DNA of 64,000 nucleotides from Octopus sinensis (GCF_006345805.1 NC_043002.1:46810001-46874000), one strand, 5' to 3'. Positions 13,041 through 25,334 are shown, numbered from the stretch's first letter. Numbers and translations are program-made. Notes: generated from the sequence alone by a model not told the origin.

Positions 13041-13109
13041 CTGAGAATCGTAATTTCTTGTAGATCTGTTGTTGCCTATAGCCCTTAAACTTAGCTTGAA
13101 TTTGTGTAG
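13041..13109 (-). CDS. MYO1C: IQ motif 1 exon TQIQAKFKGYRQQQIYKKLRFS(A)
   Basis: 69 nt, phase 1/1; acceptor ttttttcag, donor gtaaac; IQxxxKGxxxQ. Confidence 0.94.
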
Positions 13110-13519
13110 CTGAAAAAATAAATAAAATATATGATAAAGTTTAAGAGATAAATAATATATAAGATAAAGTTTTATTATCACCAAGGATCAGATATTAGAC
13201 ATGATTCATGAGGTTAAGGGCCTTCATAAATTTTTAACACAGAGGAGATGAGTAAAATTTAGTGAGTTGATACATACTTTAAAGTTGTACATTAGTGTAT
13301 TGTAAGAAATCTCAGGAAGGATAAGAATTCTAAAAAACAGTTATCATCAGAATATTGCAGATTCAGGAAAGAAACAGATTATGTTATTGTCATCATCATT
13401 TAACATCTACTTTTTTATTCTTACATAAGTCAAATGGAATTTGTTGAGGCAAATTTTCTATGATCAGATGCCTTTTTGTTGCCAACCATCACTTGTTACC
13501 AAGCAAAGTAATATTTCCC

Positions 13520-13645
13520 ATAGTTTTGGTCAGTCCAGGGCTATAATAGAAGATACGTGACTAGGATGCTCTGCTGTGGGACTGAACCTGAGACCACATG
13601 GTTGGGAAGCAAGCTTCTTAACTACATAGCCATGCCTGTGTCTCA
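13520..13645 (-). mobile_element. SINE family A head
   Basis: gggactgaacctgagaccacatggttgggaagcaagcttcttaactacatagccatgcc. Confidence 0.7.
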
Positions 13646-13965
13646 TATATATGGTAAATAAAAACACAGCTGTATCAGCTGAATCTAAAGCGGGGGTGCA
13701 AACCACAAAAGGGGGGGGGAACCCCAGAAAAACATTCTGAAGATTAAAGTGAATTATGTCTGCTTTAGAAGAGACAGAAACAAAACCAAATCACGGGGCA
13801 AAGACTGGAGTTTTCCAAAAGGCAGGTTTGTTGATTTGCATGTGATTTGAGATGTCAGTGATCAAAGCATCTGCACCATCTCAGAGTTGTGTTTATAGTA
13901 GGTAGTAGCTAACCTTTGTGAAAGTGACAATATGGTTCCAGAACTGAGGTATTTCTTGGCTTTAA

Positions 13966-14186
13966 CCCTTCAGTGTTCACATTATTCTGCCAAAATTAAT
14001 CCTTTTTTATCCACATTGTTTTGAACTAATCATGCATTATCTTGTAGCTATGAGATTTTGATGAGGTAGCTGTTAATTTTTAAAATGATATTGTAGGGTT
14101 GGTGTGAGAGACCAGATCTGGCCAGTTTGAACATAAAACAGGCAGAATACTTTTGGTTGGATATGGCTGGTTTAAATGCTAAAGGG
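13966..14186. mobile_element. piggyBac-type MITE
   Basis: TTAA|CCCTT...AAGGG|TTAA; TTAA at 13962-13965 and 14187-14190. Confidence 0.85.
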
Positions 14187-14473
14187 TTAAGGAGATAATA
14201 CTTAGTGTCTTAGATGCAGTTCTGGCAATGCTAAGAATGTTTGGTTTTGAACTAAGCTTAACACGGATGGTAAGTAGCAGCGTGTGTGTGAATGTGTGTG
14301 TGTGTGTGTGTAAATATGATGAAGATAATTAGTTAAGTTGGAAGTAGTTAACAAGTCTGTGTGCTATTTCTGCCTTCTTTGAAATTAGTATTATTTATAT
14401 TTTATGTCATTAAAAGTTATCAGATTGTAACAACTCCATTGGTGCTTGAAATGAGTACTGTGTGTATGAGTAG

Positions 14474-14528
<55 letters not shown>

Positions 14529-15815
14529 GGGTGTTTGTGTATGTGTAGACAATTTTTTGGTATGTTGCAACATAAAATCAGTCATTGGCAGTAAGAATTC
14601 ACCATTTTCACTGCTTCAGTCACTCAAGTTAATATCCTCCAGAAGTCATTAGTTGCTGTCGCCATTGTTGTTGCCGCCATCACCAGCTCCACCACCACCA
14701 CCACTGTTGCCATCATCACTGTTGATAACTTTTTATTTCTTCTTTACCATGGCTAGCAAGCGTTAGCATCATGGTAGACAACTAGTTATTAATAACCTCA
14801 CTGAGAAAAGACTGGAAGTTTGTGTGTGAGCTACTGTTATTAACACCCGGTAAGACATTGGGTTGATGAAGACTGAGTGAAAGAAGAATGAGGGTTGAGC
14901 AGATCAAACATACTTTTTTTCAGAAGGTACAATTTGTTATCTGTTACAGTACAATTAGCAAGTTCTGGATCAAGATGATTATATCTAAGCATAATACCAA
15001 AGACAGACAGTTTATGCACTGAACTTTAGCTTCATGTTTAGGGATTATACTGTGTAGCAACTGTTATTTCCTATTTGCTTACTCCTTGAAAGTATGAAAA
15101 ATGGCTAATATTTCCTTCAAACTTTGCTTTTCTTACATTTATTCAAACCCCAAAGAATCCCTCTCAACACATGATTATCATGCTCCCTCACTACTCCTGC
15201 TCATCATTAGAGATGCACATATTGTCAGCCACTAAGGGACAAGCTCAAATGGTTATGGTCAAGCAACTGAGAAGCGAATCTGTGGTGCTGAGCAGAATAT
15301 TTGTTAAAATGATATTTCTGCTTCAGTAACTTAGTGTTGAATGTGTCTAAACTGTAATGGAAAGTAGGCCAGTTTCAAAACATTGATGGCCAGGTCACAA
15401 AAGCAAAGTTTGAAGGGAATAGTAGTTATTTCCTTTGATTCCTAGATATAAGCAAATAGGAAATAACACTTTCTGACCAAAGACAAAAGAATAAAAATTT
15501 AATTACAGTGTAATGTTATTAATTTTGATCTTTTTTCTATTAAATTAAACAGGAAATTTAGAACCACGAGCTGTTTTAGACAGGTTGGTATCACAAGGGT
15601 TAGATTGACCCAATAAATGTTTGGTATTTATTTTATTGACTTCCAGAAGGAAGAAAAGTGAACATCAATCCTTGAAGGATTTCATGCAAGTTCAGAATAA
15701 TGACTGATGTCTCATAAATTATAAAGTGAATGATTAATACAATACGAAATTGGAACCAATGTCTTATACACCGTCAGTAAAACTAAAACTGATTCTAAAA
15801 TTTAATTATACATAC

Positions 15816-15892
15816 CAAGGCAATTTTTTTTCATTTGAAAGGCATCTTCGGTGGCAAACAGTACTCGAGGAAAACGAATGAAAAGTTTTGTT
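15816..15892 (-). CDS. MYO1C: Myosin I converter/neck exon TKLFIRFPRVLFATEDAFQMKKNCL(A)
   Basis: 77 nt, phase 2/1; acceptor attttcag, donor gtatgt; follows a 16,896-nt intron. Confidence 0.96.
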
Positions 15893-18054
15893 CTGAAAAT
15901 AAAAATAGATTCTAGTCAAGCAAAGATTTATCAAAAGAAAACAAAATTTTAAAAAGTATCTTTTTTAACAAGCATTCAGAAATGAAATTTTGGACTTGAA
16001 GACAAAAACTGATGTAGAAACCGGATTTACCTTAAGCTAGTTACAGACAATCTGCAGACTGCAGGTTGCATGGGCCTATGGACTTTCTGAGTGGCATGGC
16101 TAATGAAAAATTGTCTTTAATTTTTGTAGTTGTGTGGCCCATCTGATGATTAGCCATGTCTCAAGTGGCCTGCTTCTCGAAGAAAGTTGCTCATACCTGC
16201 CCTAAGCTAATGCTATACACATCCTAAACAGTCAGAGAGCTACTAATGTTAGAGCTCAATTGTATATGTTTCGAACATCAGTGATATCCATTAAAAAAAA
16301 ATATTAGGTGGTTCTAGTTTTTACCAAGGTTATTTGGTTGATTGATTACATCAGTGATTATGCAGATATCTCAGAAACCTTTGAAACTAAGAAGTACAAA
16401 TGTTTGGTCAATGATTAAGTACAACAAAAAATTGTTTGGATGTTTTTTTCTTTATACATAAATTTGATTTCTTAGGAAATTATTGGGACACATGCTGGGG
16501 AAGTTACGAGTTACATAACAAAAACAAAACCAGTTTATGGAAAAATTTCTTGTAGATATTAATGGTTATAATAGTTCAGAGGAAAATATCAGCCACTCCA
16601 TTGACAATATTAGTAAAATAATTTCCACCCACCCCACCTCTTTATTAATAAAACAAAATAGAGATGGTCTCCATATAATTCTTTCTTTATCATGGTATTG
16701 GATAAGTTTAAAAAGTTGTCACCATCTAAATTTTATTAAACTTGGTAATGTTTTTGTCATCTTTCAATCTTCACAACCTCTCTTCTACAGAAGAAGTTGC
16801 AGGTCCTATAAGAAGTGGTATTCAACCATTGCATTAATTTAGGGTCTGGAGAGCCAAAGAATATGATTATATCCTGGGATCCTTTTTTAAAAAAATGTAG
16901 ACATAACATAGTTCACTTGAATTTTGAAAGGACATCTTCTTCACTCCCAGGTCCCAAAAGCATCTAATGCTAACTTGCAAAATTCTTCTTGGAGACACCT
17001 GAGGTTGTCTACACCCCCATCCATATGAAATGCTGGTTGAGTCAGAGCAATGCTCATGATTTCTTCAGCATTTCAATTCCATGACTATAAGGGAAAGGGA
17101 GGAGTTATATTTAGAGTTACATCCAGTTTGAATGCTTGCAGCTGAGTGGGCTCTGCTAAATGCACTAGAGAACCAGATGATGGTGACAAATTTAGGTCTT
17201 CCACCCAAGAACATGTGCAGTCCAAATGACAGACTTCCGCACAGTTTACAGACATCCACCCCACCCCTTGGTTGACCTGAAGCTATGGATAGAATGTAAA
17301 ATCATGCAACTGAAAAGTGAATTCCTCAAACACACAGCCAAGTCTGTTCATGCTTCAGTTTCCTGCTTGTAAAGAACAAACACCAGATCTTCAGAGAGTG
17401 TTTACCAACAAGAGATTAGCAGCTTATCTAAGGTGGGATTTATCTCATCTTTTCATAAGTTTTTTTTTTTTTAGTTGCTTATAAAGATATTCATATTTAC
17501 AATTTCTAAATGATTAGAAATTTGAATGTTCAGTAATTATAAATATTTGATTTGTATGAGTTCCTGCAGTTTCTGTTTACCAAATTCTTTCACAAAGCAT
17601 TTGTTGGCCTCGGGTTATAATAGGAGACACTAGCTTAAGTGCTGTGCAGTGGGATTGAGCCTGAAACCATTTGGTTTCAAAGGGACCTTAAACACACAAC
17701 TGAGCATGTGTGTGTGTGTGTGTGTGTGTGTGTATGGTGGGGGAAGGGATGCTGCAAGTAGCAGTGTCACTATAAAATTAAATGAATCTTGTTTTGCAGT
17801 AGTAAAATAATGACAATGAGATGAGGTGGAAGAAAAGGAAAAGAAAAGAAGAGAAGGGGAGGGCAGAAGAATAAGCCCAAGTAGAACTAGCTACGACATT
17901 ATGTCCAACCCTCTCAAATAGTCCTGAGAAGCATTTGCTTTTATAAAGAAATGATAAAATTTTAGTTTTAACCAAGGATAAATTACCTAAACAACACCAG
18001 TTTGAAGTTTTATTAATGAACAATCTTAGTTATTTGAGAAAGAAGATAGGAAAC

Positions 18055-18745
18055 TAGGATGCGAAATTTTTTTTTCCACGAGAGTTCCAGACCCCAGTTA
18101 TGAACTCATTTGCATACAGCCAATCAGAGCTCAGCTATCAAACTAATGTCCACCTAGTCACGAAAATACTCTAGTTGAGTTTAGTGGAAAATGTGCATTA
18201 TAGCAAAATCTAACTGTTCTAAACAGGTTAATAGGGGTGACAAATGTGAAATTTAGTGAATAGAGTGAATGGAGAGCTGCTCACTGCTGGTGTCGTAAGT
18301 GTTGCCAATTTGTATAATTTACTAGAAAATGTAAATGAGTGTAGTTTCCTAATTTTTTTTACTGATTTGGTACATTCCTGATTTAAAATGTTGGTGTTGA
18401 TCTGGAAACATTGTAATCAATATGGTGTTGTGTCATATTGCACCCTCCTTGCATATATCAAAAGGTACATGCAGTATCACTAATCTCAGTCTGTTCAGTC
18501 TGAGCATAGGTACCTAATGTTAGTTCCATGCTCAATTGATCTATGAGGATGGGGTGGGGTGGGAATGTGGTGTTTATGTGTGACCTGCTATGCTGTATTC
18601 ACAGAGTGGCATACACAATTCTATGCCTGACTGACTGTACTAGTACACAGTATGTGGATTTTAAAGGTAAGCTCCGATTGGCTGTATGCAAATGAGTTCA
18701 TTACTGGGGTCCGGAACACTCGTGAGAAACAAAATTCCGTGGCCA
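18055..18745. mobile_element. Non-autonomous TIR element with long inverted arms
   Basis: Arms 18064-18131 and 18670-18737 align as reverse complements; exact termini and TSD unclear. Confidence 0.7.
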
Positions 18746-18909
18746 AGACATCAGCATTAGTAGTAGAGGCAGGAAAAACAGGAGTGAAAATTGAACTCAC
18801 TTTAAAATCATGTTCAGCTCACCCATTGAAATCAATCTGTGCTCTGGATTTTGTCTATATTTTTTTTTTCAGAGAGAAAGTTTTTATTTTGTCTTTACAC
18901 AAAAACTGT

Positions 18910-19243
18910 GAAGGCGCTTGGCTCAGTGGTTAGAGCGTTGAGCTTACGATCGTGAGGTTGTGAGCTTGAATCCCGGACTGGGCTGCGTGTTGTGTTCTTG
19001 AGCAAGACACTTTATTTCACGTTGCTCCAGTTAACTCAGCTGTAGAAATGAGTTGCGACGTCACGGGTGCCAAGCTGTATCGGCTGCTGCCTTTCCCTTG
19101 GATAACACTGGTGGCGTGAAGAGGGGAGGCCGGTATGCATGGGTGACTGCTGGTCTTCCATAAACCACCTTGCCCAGACTTGTGACTAGGAGGGTAACTT
19201 TCTAGGTGCAATCCCATGGTCAGTGTCGTGACTGAAGGGGGTC
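18910..19243 (+). mobile_element. tRNA-type SINE, family C
   Basis: A-box-like ggctcagtggttag, B-box-like gcttgaatccc, core ttatttcacgttgctccagt; second copy at 42660-42912. Confidence 0.85.
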
Positions 19244-19319
19244 CTGACCCGACACAAAAACTAATTTTTTGTCAACTTATGGTTATATTTGGCGGTGATC
19301 ATATTTTTTTGCCAATTAA

Positions 19320-19520
19320 CCACATACACTATATATACGTTCTTCACTTCAGCTTTATTATGATTCTTATTTTAGTGTCCTTTGTCTGAAATCTTTCATC
19401 ACACCTCCTGTGACCTCTTCAGTGACTCTCCACCCTCGTGTCTCCTCCTGTTCTGTTTAGTCCATTCTCCATTTCAAATTTTTTGTCAACATATTTACAA
19501 TAAAGAAATGATTAAAACAG
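19320..19520 (-). mobile_element. Penelope-like 3' remnant (tentative)
   Basis: Minus frame VDKKFEMENGLNRTGG resembles a GIY-YIG C-terminus and is followed by a hammerhead-like core. Confidence 0.4.
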
Positions 19521-19792
19521 CTTGTCAGACCACATCATGGTCCCAATAGACAATAGAAAAGACGTCCCAGAGGATGGTGAAGGAGATGTGCTGGGAAAAA
19601 CTAATTGACTCATGGGGCTCACACTTACGGATAGCCATCTCTGCCCCAACAGCAATGAGCAAGAATATGGTCCAGGGTCCAAGAAAGCCGGAGATCTTCA
19701 TCTCCACAGGTTCGACCATAAACCTGTCAGTATATTGTTTCTTTTCTTGTTATTCTATTAATCTTTTTTGTCACAATGTTGAAAAAACATTT

Positions 19793-20005
19793 AAGGTGGC
19801 GAGCTGCCAGAACAGTTAGTACACCAGGCGAAATGCTTAGCAGTATTTCGACTGTCTATGTTCTGAGTTCAAATTCCGCCGAGGTCGACTCTGCCTTTCA
19901 TCCTTTCGGGTTCGATAAATTAAGTACCAGTTGCGTACTGACGTCGATCTAATCGATTGCCTCCCCCCTCCCCCAACATTTCGGGCCTTGTGCCTAGAGT
20001 AGAAA
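19793..20005 (+). mobile_element. SINE family B, CpG-intact
   Basis: aggtggcgagctgccagaac...gttcaaattccgccgaggtcgactctgcctttcatcctttcggg. Confidence 0.88.
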
Positions 20006-20027
20006 ACAATATTGAAAAAAAAACATT

Positions 20028-20540
20028 GGCAGAATTCTGGTTTAAGCACCCCTCATAACATTTTTATTTTTTGGAATTTTCAGAAAAGTTTTGCGAATTT
20101 ATGTTCTACTCATGAGAATTCATAGAATTAGGAGAGAGAAAAAAAGATAATTAAAAAAATTTTTTAAACTAATCCTGCCTCCATAAATCTTTAAATTTCC
20201 ACTCTTTTTCGATTTAATAAAAAAATCTAACTTTAAAATAAAGACTGATTTTTTTTGCTTAAATCCCAGCAATGGACCATTAAATGTGTTTATGGAAAGA
20301 AATATATTGAAAAACATCAATACATGTCAGAGAGAGAGAGAGAGAGAGAAAGAAATGAGGGGGGTATCAGGTGGTTGTGAGAGGTGCTAAAAATAACCGC
20401 TAAATCATACACACACAAACTTTTTTTTTCGTAACTGTATGAATTCTCGTGTGTAGAACACAAATTTCTGAAAATTCCCAAAAAATAAATGTTATGAGGT
20501 GTTTAAATCCCATATGAGGTGCTTAAGCCAGAATTCTGCC
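20028..20540. mobile_element. MITE with ~95-bp imperfect TIRs
   Basis: ggcagaattctgg(t/c)ttaagcacc termini; flanks AAAACATT (20020-27) and AAAATATT (20541-48), probable 8-bp TSD. Confidence 0.82.
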
Positions 20541-23500
20541 AAAATATTAATGACAATCGAGGGCTGTCCTAAAAATATGAAACTAAACTGGGATAGAAAA
20601 CGAGAATGACGTGAAAACCCATAAATCTTATATTAATAAACACGAAAACTATGCATAGAACGTATATGCGTACATAAAAGTTTTTTCAGTCTTTGAACCT
20701 ATTTTGTCACCCATGCTCTTACAGATACGATATAAATAAATCATTACTCATTCCCCATTGTCACCTGGGTTTTTCTTGGCGAGTGTCCACCACCTTTCTG
20801 TGTATGGATGTTCCTAATCAACAAAAGTTTGAAAAAATGGTTCATACTATATAAGCTAGGAAACCTCCCCGTGGTTTTTCACTTCTGTTAGTTATTTAGG
20901 TATACTACTTTACTGCGGTGTACCTCATTTGCTATTTCAGAAATGATCATGCCTATGACTAGAAGATACAATACAACAAGGAGCTAGTGTTTATAAAACT
21001 ACGCGATTTTAACTATTGTCACTTTCAGTTCAGTTTACTTCCACTTTTTTTTAAACCAGAATGTTTTCGTTGTCACACTTGTGCGCTGAGAAGTTCAGTT
21101 ACGGATATTAGTCGCAAGAGGGAAGTCGAAATTTGTAATAAGGAACAGAAACTGGGTTTCAAAGTTATTCTATCTATTTATTTATTTATTTCAGAGCAAT
21201 TTTGTAAACAGGTTTTTTTTTTAAAAAAAAAAAACGTCAATCACTGGTTCACTGCATTTACGATAGCAGGAGTTAGTCTAAAAGCACCGGTTTTCGTGTT
21301 TTCTTGCCAGTGTTGACAACTATACGTTGCTGAAAGATATACATATACTAGTGTATATAAACATACAGACTTCCGCCTACCAAATTCTGTACACTAAAGC
21401 ATTAGCTGACTCTTGCCATAAGTGCTTACGTGATGGCAACGAACCCAGTGTCAGGTGGTTGCGAAACGAGTTTGCAAAAACTTCGCGTCCGACTCGCCAA
21501 CTACATTTTTCAATACGTGCGAACCTTCAATGTTGTTACTGCATTTGTTAGCCCCGAGCCAATCTTGATTAAGCGGACCCATTATCAAAAGCATTGTTGC
21601 CTAGACCACCATCTCGTTTCTTCAGTGGAAATGGAGACGGTGTAGCATTTAAACTCGGTACAGTCCTAAGTTACACAGTCTGGCAGTCCCGTGTTACAAA
21701 ATTACAACAGGTCTAATAAAAACTGAAGACACGAATGCCTTTCAGCTATTTTGAGGCCTCTGTGGATAGAGCGACCTAAAGTGTAGCTTGTTTAGTTTAT
21801 GCTTAAATGTAGCACTAAATGTATGTAGGTAGGACATTTTCCAGTGTCATTTTTAAGTTCAAGACAGTCGAGTGTGATTTTTAGACACAGGCAATTTCTC
21901 CTAGATCGAGTGACTACGTACAAGTTTCTTCGACAGTTCAGCGATCTACTGAAACAGCGGTTATATCTCCCTTAAGTCAAAGCCCACTGCCTCGTTTTCA
22001 ATTATCAATTATATTTAAATATAATTATATATTTAAATATAATTTTATATTTAAATATAATTGAAGACGAAGATGGTAAACAGGCTAAGTTGACTTCGGC
22101 GGGATTTGAAGTCCGAAGAATAGAACGGGACGTGGAAATAAACTCTGAAAAATAGAGTAATATTTAAGAAAAAAAAATGAGGTGATAATAGACATGGCCG
22201 AACCATCTTTAGTCAGAGTTCGTTTAAGTCTAATTAAGTTTGCAACATCATTATCAGTAGATGAGTAGAATACTGAATCAAATCATTACAGTATTTTGTA
22301 GTGTATCGTAACTCACAATCATACTTCTGGGTGTGATGAAATGTGCTACATGAAAAGCCTATTCTAATTGATGTCTCTTTGTGTACGTTGCAGGTTATAA
22401 TCTAAGCAAACTTTCTCGTAGAGAAATTCTAATGCGACCTCCAAAATTTGTAGATTTCTATACAGCTATGGCTAATTGTTTATAATACGGAATAGGGGAT
22501 GATGGTTTAGACAATTAAAGCGATCTCAGTATTTCACTGGTACTTAATTTATCCACCCTGGAGTTTTAAAATGCAATACTAGCCTCCAGCGGGATATGAA
22601 CTTGAATAGAAAGAGCTGGTGAAAAATACCGTAAGGTATTTTTTCCGCCTTTGTAAACGATTCTGTAAATCTAACACCAAATTACTAATACTACTACAAA
22701 AATAATAATGGTTTCTGATTTAGGTGTATGTTCATTAGTCGATTACAGATGCGACAACGGTAAATTTATGCTCGTAATGTTTGAATCTATTGATATAGTT
22801 GTTTTTAACCACGGGAAGCATGTGATTAAACATGTTCATTTAATCTTTAATTCAAACATAGTATATCTATTACCTCATTATTCATTAACATTTTTTTCTT
22901 TTCCGTTTACTTTATTTATTTTCTCTGAAGACGATCATGTGTGATTAGAGAAAGACTTGACTGCTATTTCTACTTCCTCGAGCGACCGTATAAAAAATCT
23001 CGTTGAATTGTGGTCTCCCTTGTATGAATAATAGGAAATACCCCACCACCACTTATGGAAGCAGATGACTAAGTCACGTAGCAAGTATAAACTTTATCAG
23101 AAGAAATGAAAGGAATAATAAATGGAAAGAAAAGTAGTACTTTATTAAGTTTTAATATCATGTAAAATATACATTTAAATAAACCTTACATTTGTTACAT
23201 TACTATATACATACATATGCATAAACACCCGCACATGGCATGTAGATAGATAGATGGATAGATAGATAGATAAATGGGAGCAGGTGTGAGTGTTTTAAAG
23301 AAGTTTGCTTTCCAAAAACATGGTTTCAGGCTCACTCCTACGCCACTTTGAGCAACTATCTTTTACTACACCCACCAAAGCCTTGATGAAAACTGGAAGA
23401 AGCCCTGCATATGTATGTGTGTGTGAACGTTTGTGTCCTTGTCTTGACATCGCACGATAGTTGTGAATGAATATCACTGCAAAAACATGCCCCCACACAC

Positions 23501-24385
23501 ACCATAGGGTAACATTATCTTGCTTGGAAACAGGTGAGGATTGGCGACAGGCCGTAGAAAATCTATGCCGTCCGACCCATGCAAGCAGGGAAAAATGTAT
23601 GTTAAAAACGATGATGATGACGGTGGTGTATATACGTACAAATGTGTATATAATGCATGCCCACCTTTACAAATTATACACACACACATGAATAATCCCT
23701 CTTTCTCTGTCTCATATACTTATATATACATTTAAGTTTCTTCGAATAATTTTGCTTTTTATTGTTTCGTTTAATAGCACTTTACAATTCCCCCTTCAAA
23801 ATATAGTGTTTAATAGCACATGACAATTTCCCCTTCAAAACACAGTGTTTGTCGTACGTCGCTAAGAATACCTATTTTTAAGTTAATTTCTTTTACTAAC
23901 AACGATTCTTTCAAGAAAAAAAAATCACGTAATCCTGTGAACTAATTGTTCTCGATACAGATAAACCGGGTTTTACCCTTTTTATAATAGCGCCAACTGT
24001 TAATTCACCTGTTATTTCATTCATTTTACAAAAGGTACTAATAAAAACAAGGGAGCTTCTACGATTGCTAGAAATAGTAGTCAAATTTTCATTAAATCGC
24101 ACCCTTCCCTTTAAGACAGATGGCATCAAAAACTACGTTGGATAATGTAGTATTAAATGCTCCGTTATAGAAAATTCCCGAGATGGTTACGACTAGAATG
24201 CTTTTGGATACAGGTTAATAAATTAGGACCGGCTAAGGAACAACAACGTCACGTGATTGAGTCATCTGCCTTCGTAGGACAATGAGGAACGGGAACTACC
24301 TATGTAAACTACAAGCGAGGGAAGATCCACGCGGTTGAAATTGAAGAAAAAAGCTATAATGTGGAAGATCGCCGAACACACACAC

Positions 24386-24460
24386 ACACACAGATACGGG
24401 TTATTTAAATGTACGTGTGTACACCGCACATGTACATTTAAATAACCCGTGTGTGTGTGT
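24386..24460 (+). ncRNA. Candidate pre-miRNA-like hairpin
   Basis: Perfect 19-bp inverted repeat extended to ~35 bp by G.U and CA/TG pairs; no expression evidence. Confidence 0.3.
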
Positions 24461-24891
24461 TTATCAGTCACAAAGTTCAGATTTTCGGTCGATTGACTTG
24501 CAATCACGCGGTAACTCAACATGCTAGAACTGGCAACCAAATCTTCCACAAAACACTCTTGTTATCTTAAATTGTAAGAACTGCGACTGTTGAGCACACG
24601 AAAGTGAAAGTAGCATGTTGTATTCAAAGATCTCCGTAGTTCTAGATATATCTAAATACAAGATGAATATGCTTGGAACACTTGATTATTTCCTATTTAG
24701 TCGATCAGGGCTGACCTAGGATTCCATGCTGGGACTAAAAAATGACAATTCGAGTCAAAATATAGTGTTTGTCGTACGTCGCTAGGAATACCAATTTTAA
24801 AGTTAATTTCTTACTGTCTAATACTACCAATGAAATGTATCAAAATAATTATTATTACTAACAATAATCCATTTCAAGGTAATAACTTGAT

Positions 24892-25334
24892 AGGATCGCT
24901 AACTTTGCGGGCAAAATACATCTCAAGGATCGCTAGATTGGCGGGCAAATTATCCCGCAATTCTCTTTTCCTTATATTCCGATACGAAATCTCGCTAAGA
25001 GATTAGTATTCAACAACTGACTTGATTTAATCGTCTATATCCTCCTACAAAATTGTTAGACTAACTTTCGGATGTCTATAAAGAGTCGTTTTACTTGGTA
25101 AGAACCAAATTGAACGTGGATCAGTTTCTGTCCGCGGGGAAAATGAAATAAAAATAACTCCTTTAAATTGAAAACTTTCAGTTTAACACACAACACACAC
25201 ACTTTTTTCTTTGACGCCGTTGTTTCTGTAGTAACCCCATAGTTTAGGCGCCGAAATAGAAAATTTCTCAGATTGGGAATAAACGTTTTGACACCTTTCG
25301 CATGCGTGGATTCGAGTATACAAACGCGCGAAAA
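24892..25334. promoter_or_regulatory. CpG-rich promoter-like motif cluster (E2F-like, NRF1-like)
   Basis: Tandem 24-mers with TTTGCGGG/TTGGCGGG, inverted TTGCGGGA at 24951-60, CGCATGCG 25299-306, TTTCGCGC (minus) 25325-33. Confidence 0.45.

Noticed and set aside
18910-19000. tRNA-like A/B boxes in SINE heads
   Set aside because: No complete cloverleaf; they continue into multi-copy SINE bodies.
21330-21429. Apparent 100-nt minus-strand GT-AG intron and neighbouring ORFs 21327-21645
   Set aside because: The interval contains a decayed family A SINE fragment (cttccgcctaccaaattc); the joined frames have no start codon or recognisable product.
22925-22960. CTGAAGA...GAAA hammerhead-like string
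   Set aside because: Spacing between stem II and GAAA is wrong and no stem I/III pairing is evident.
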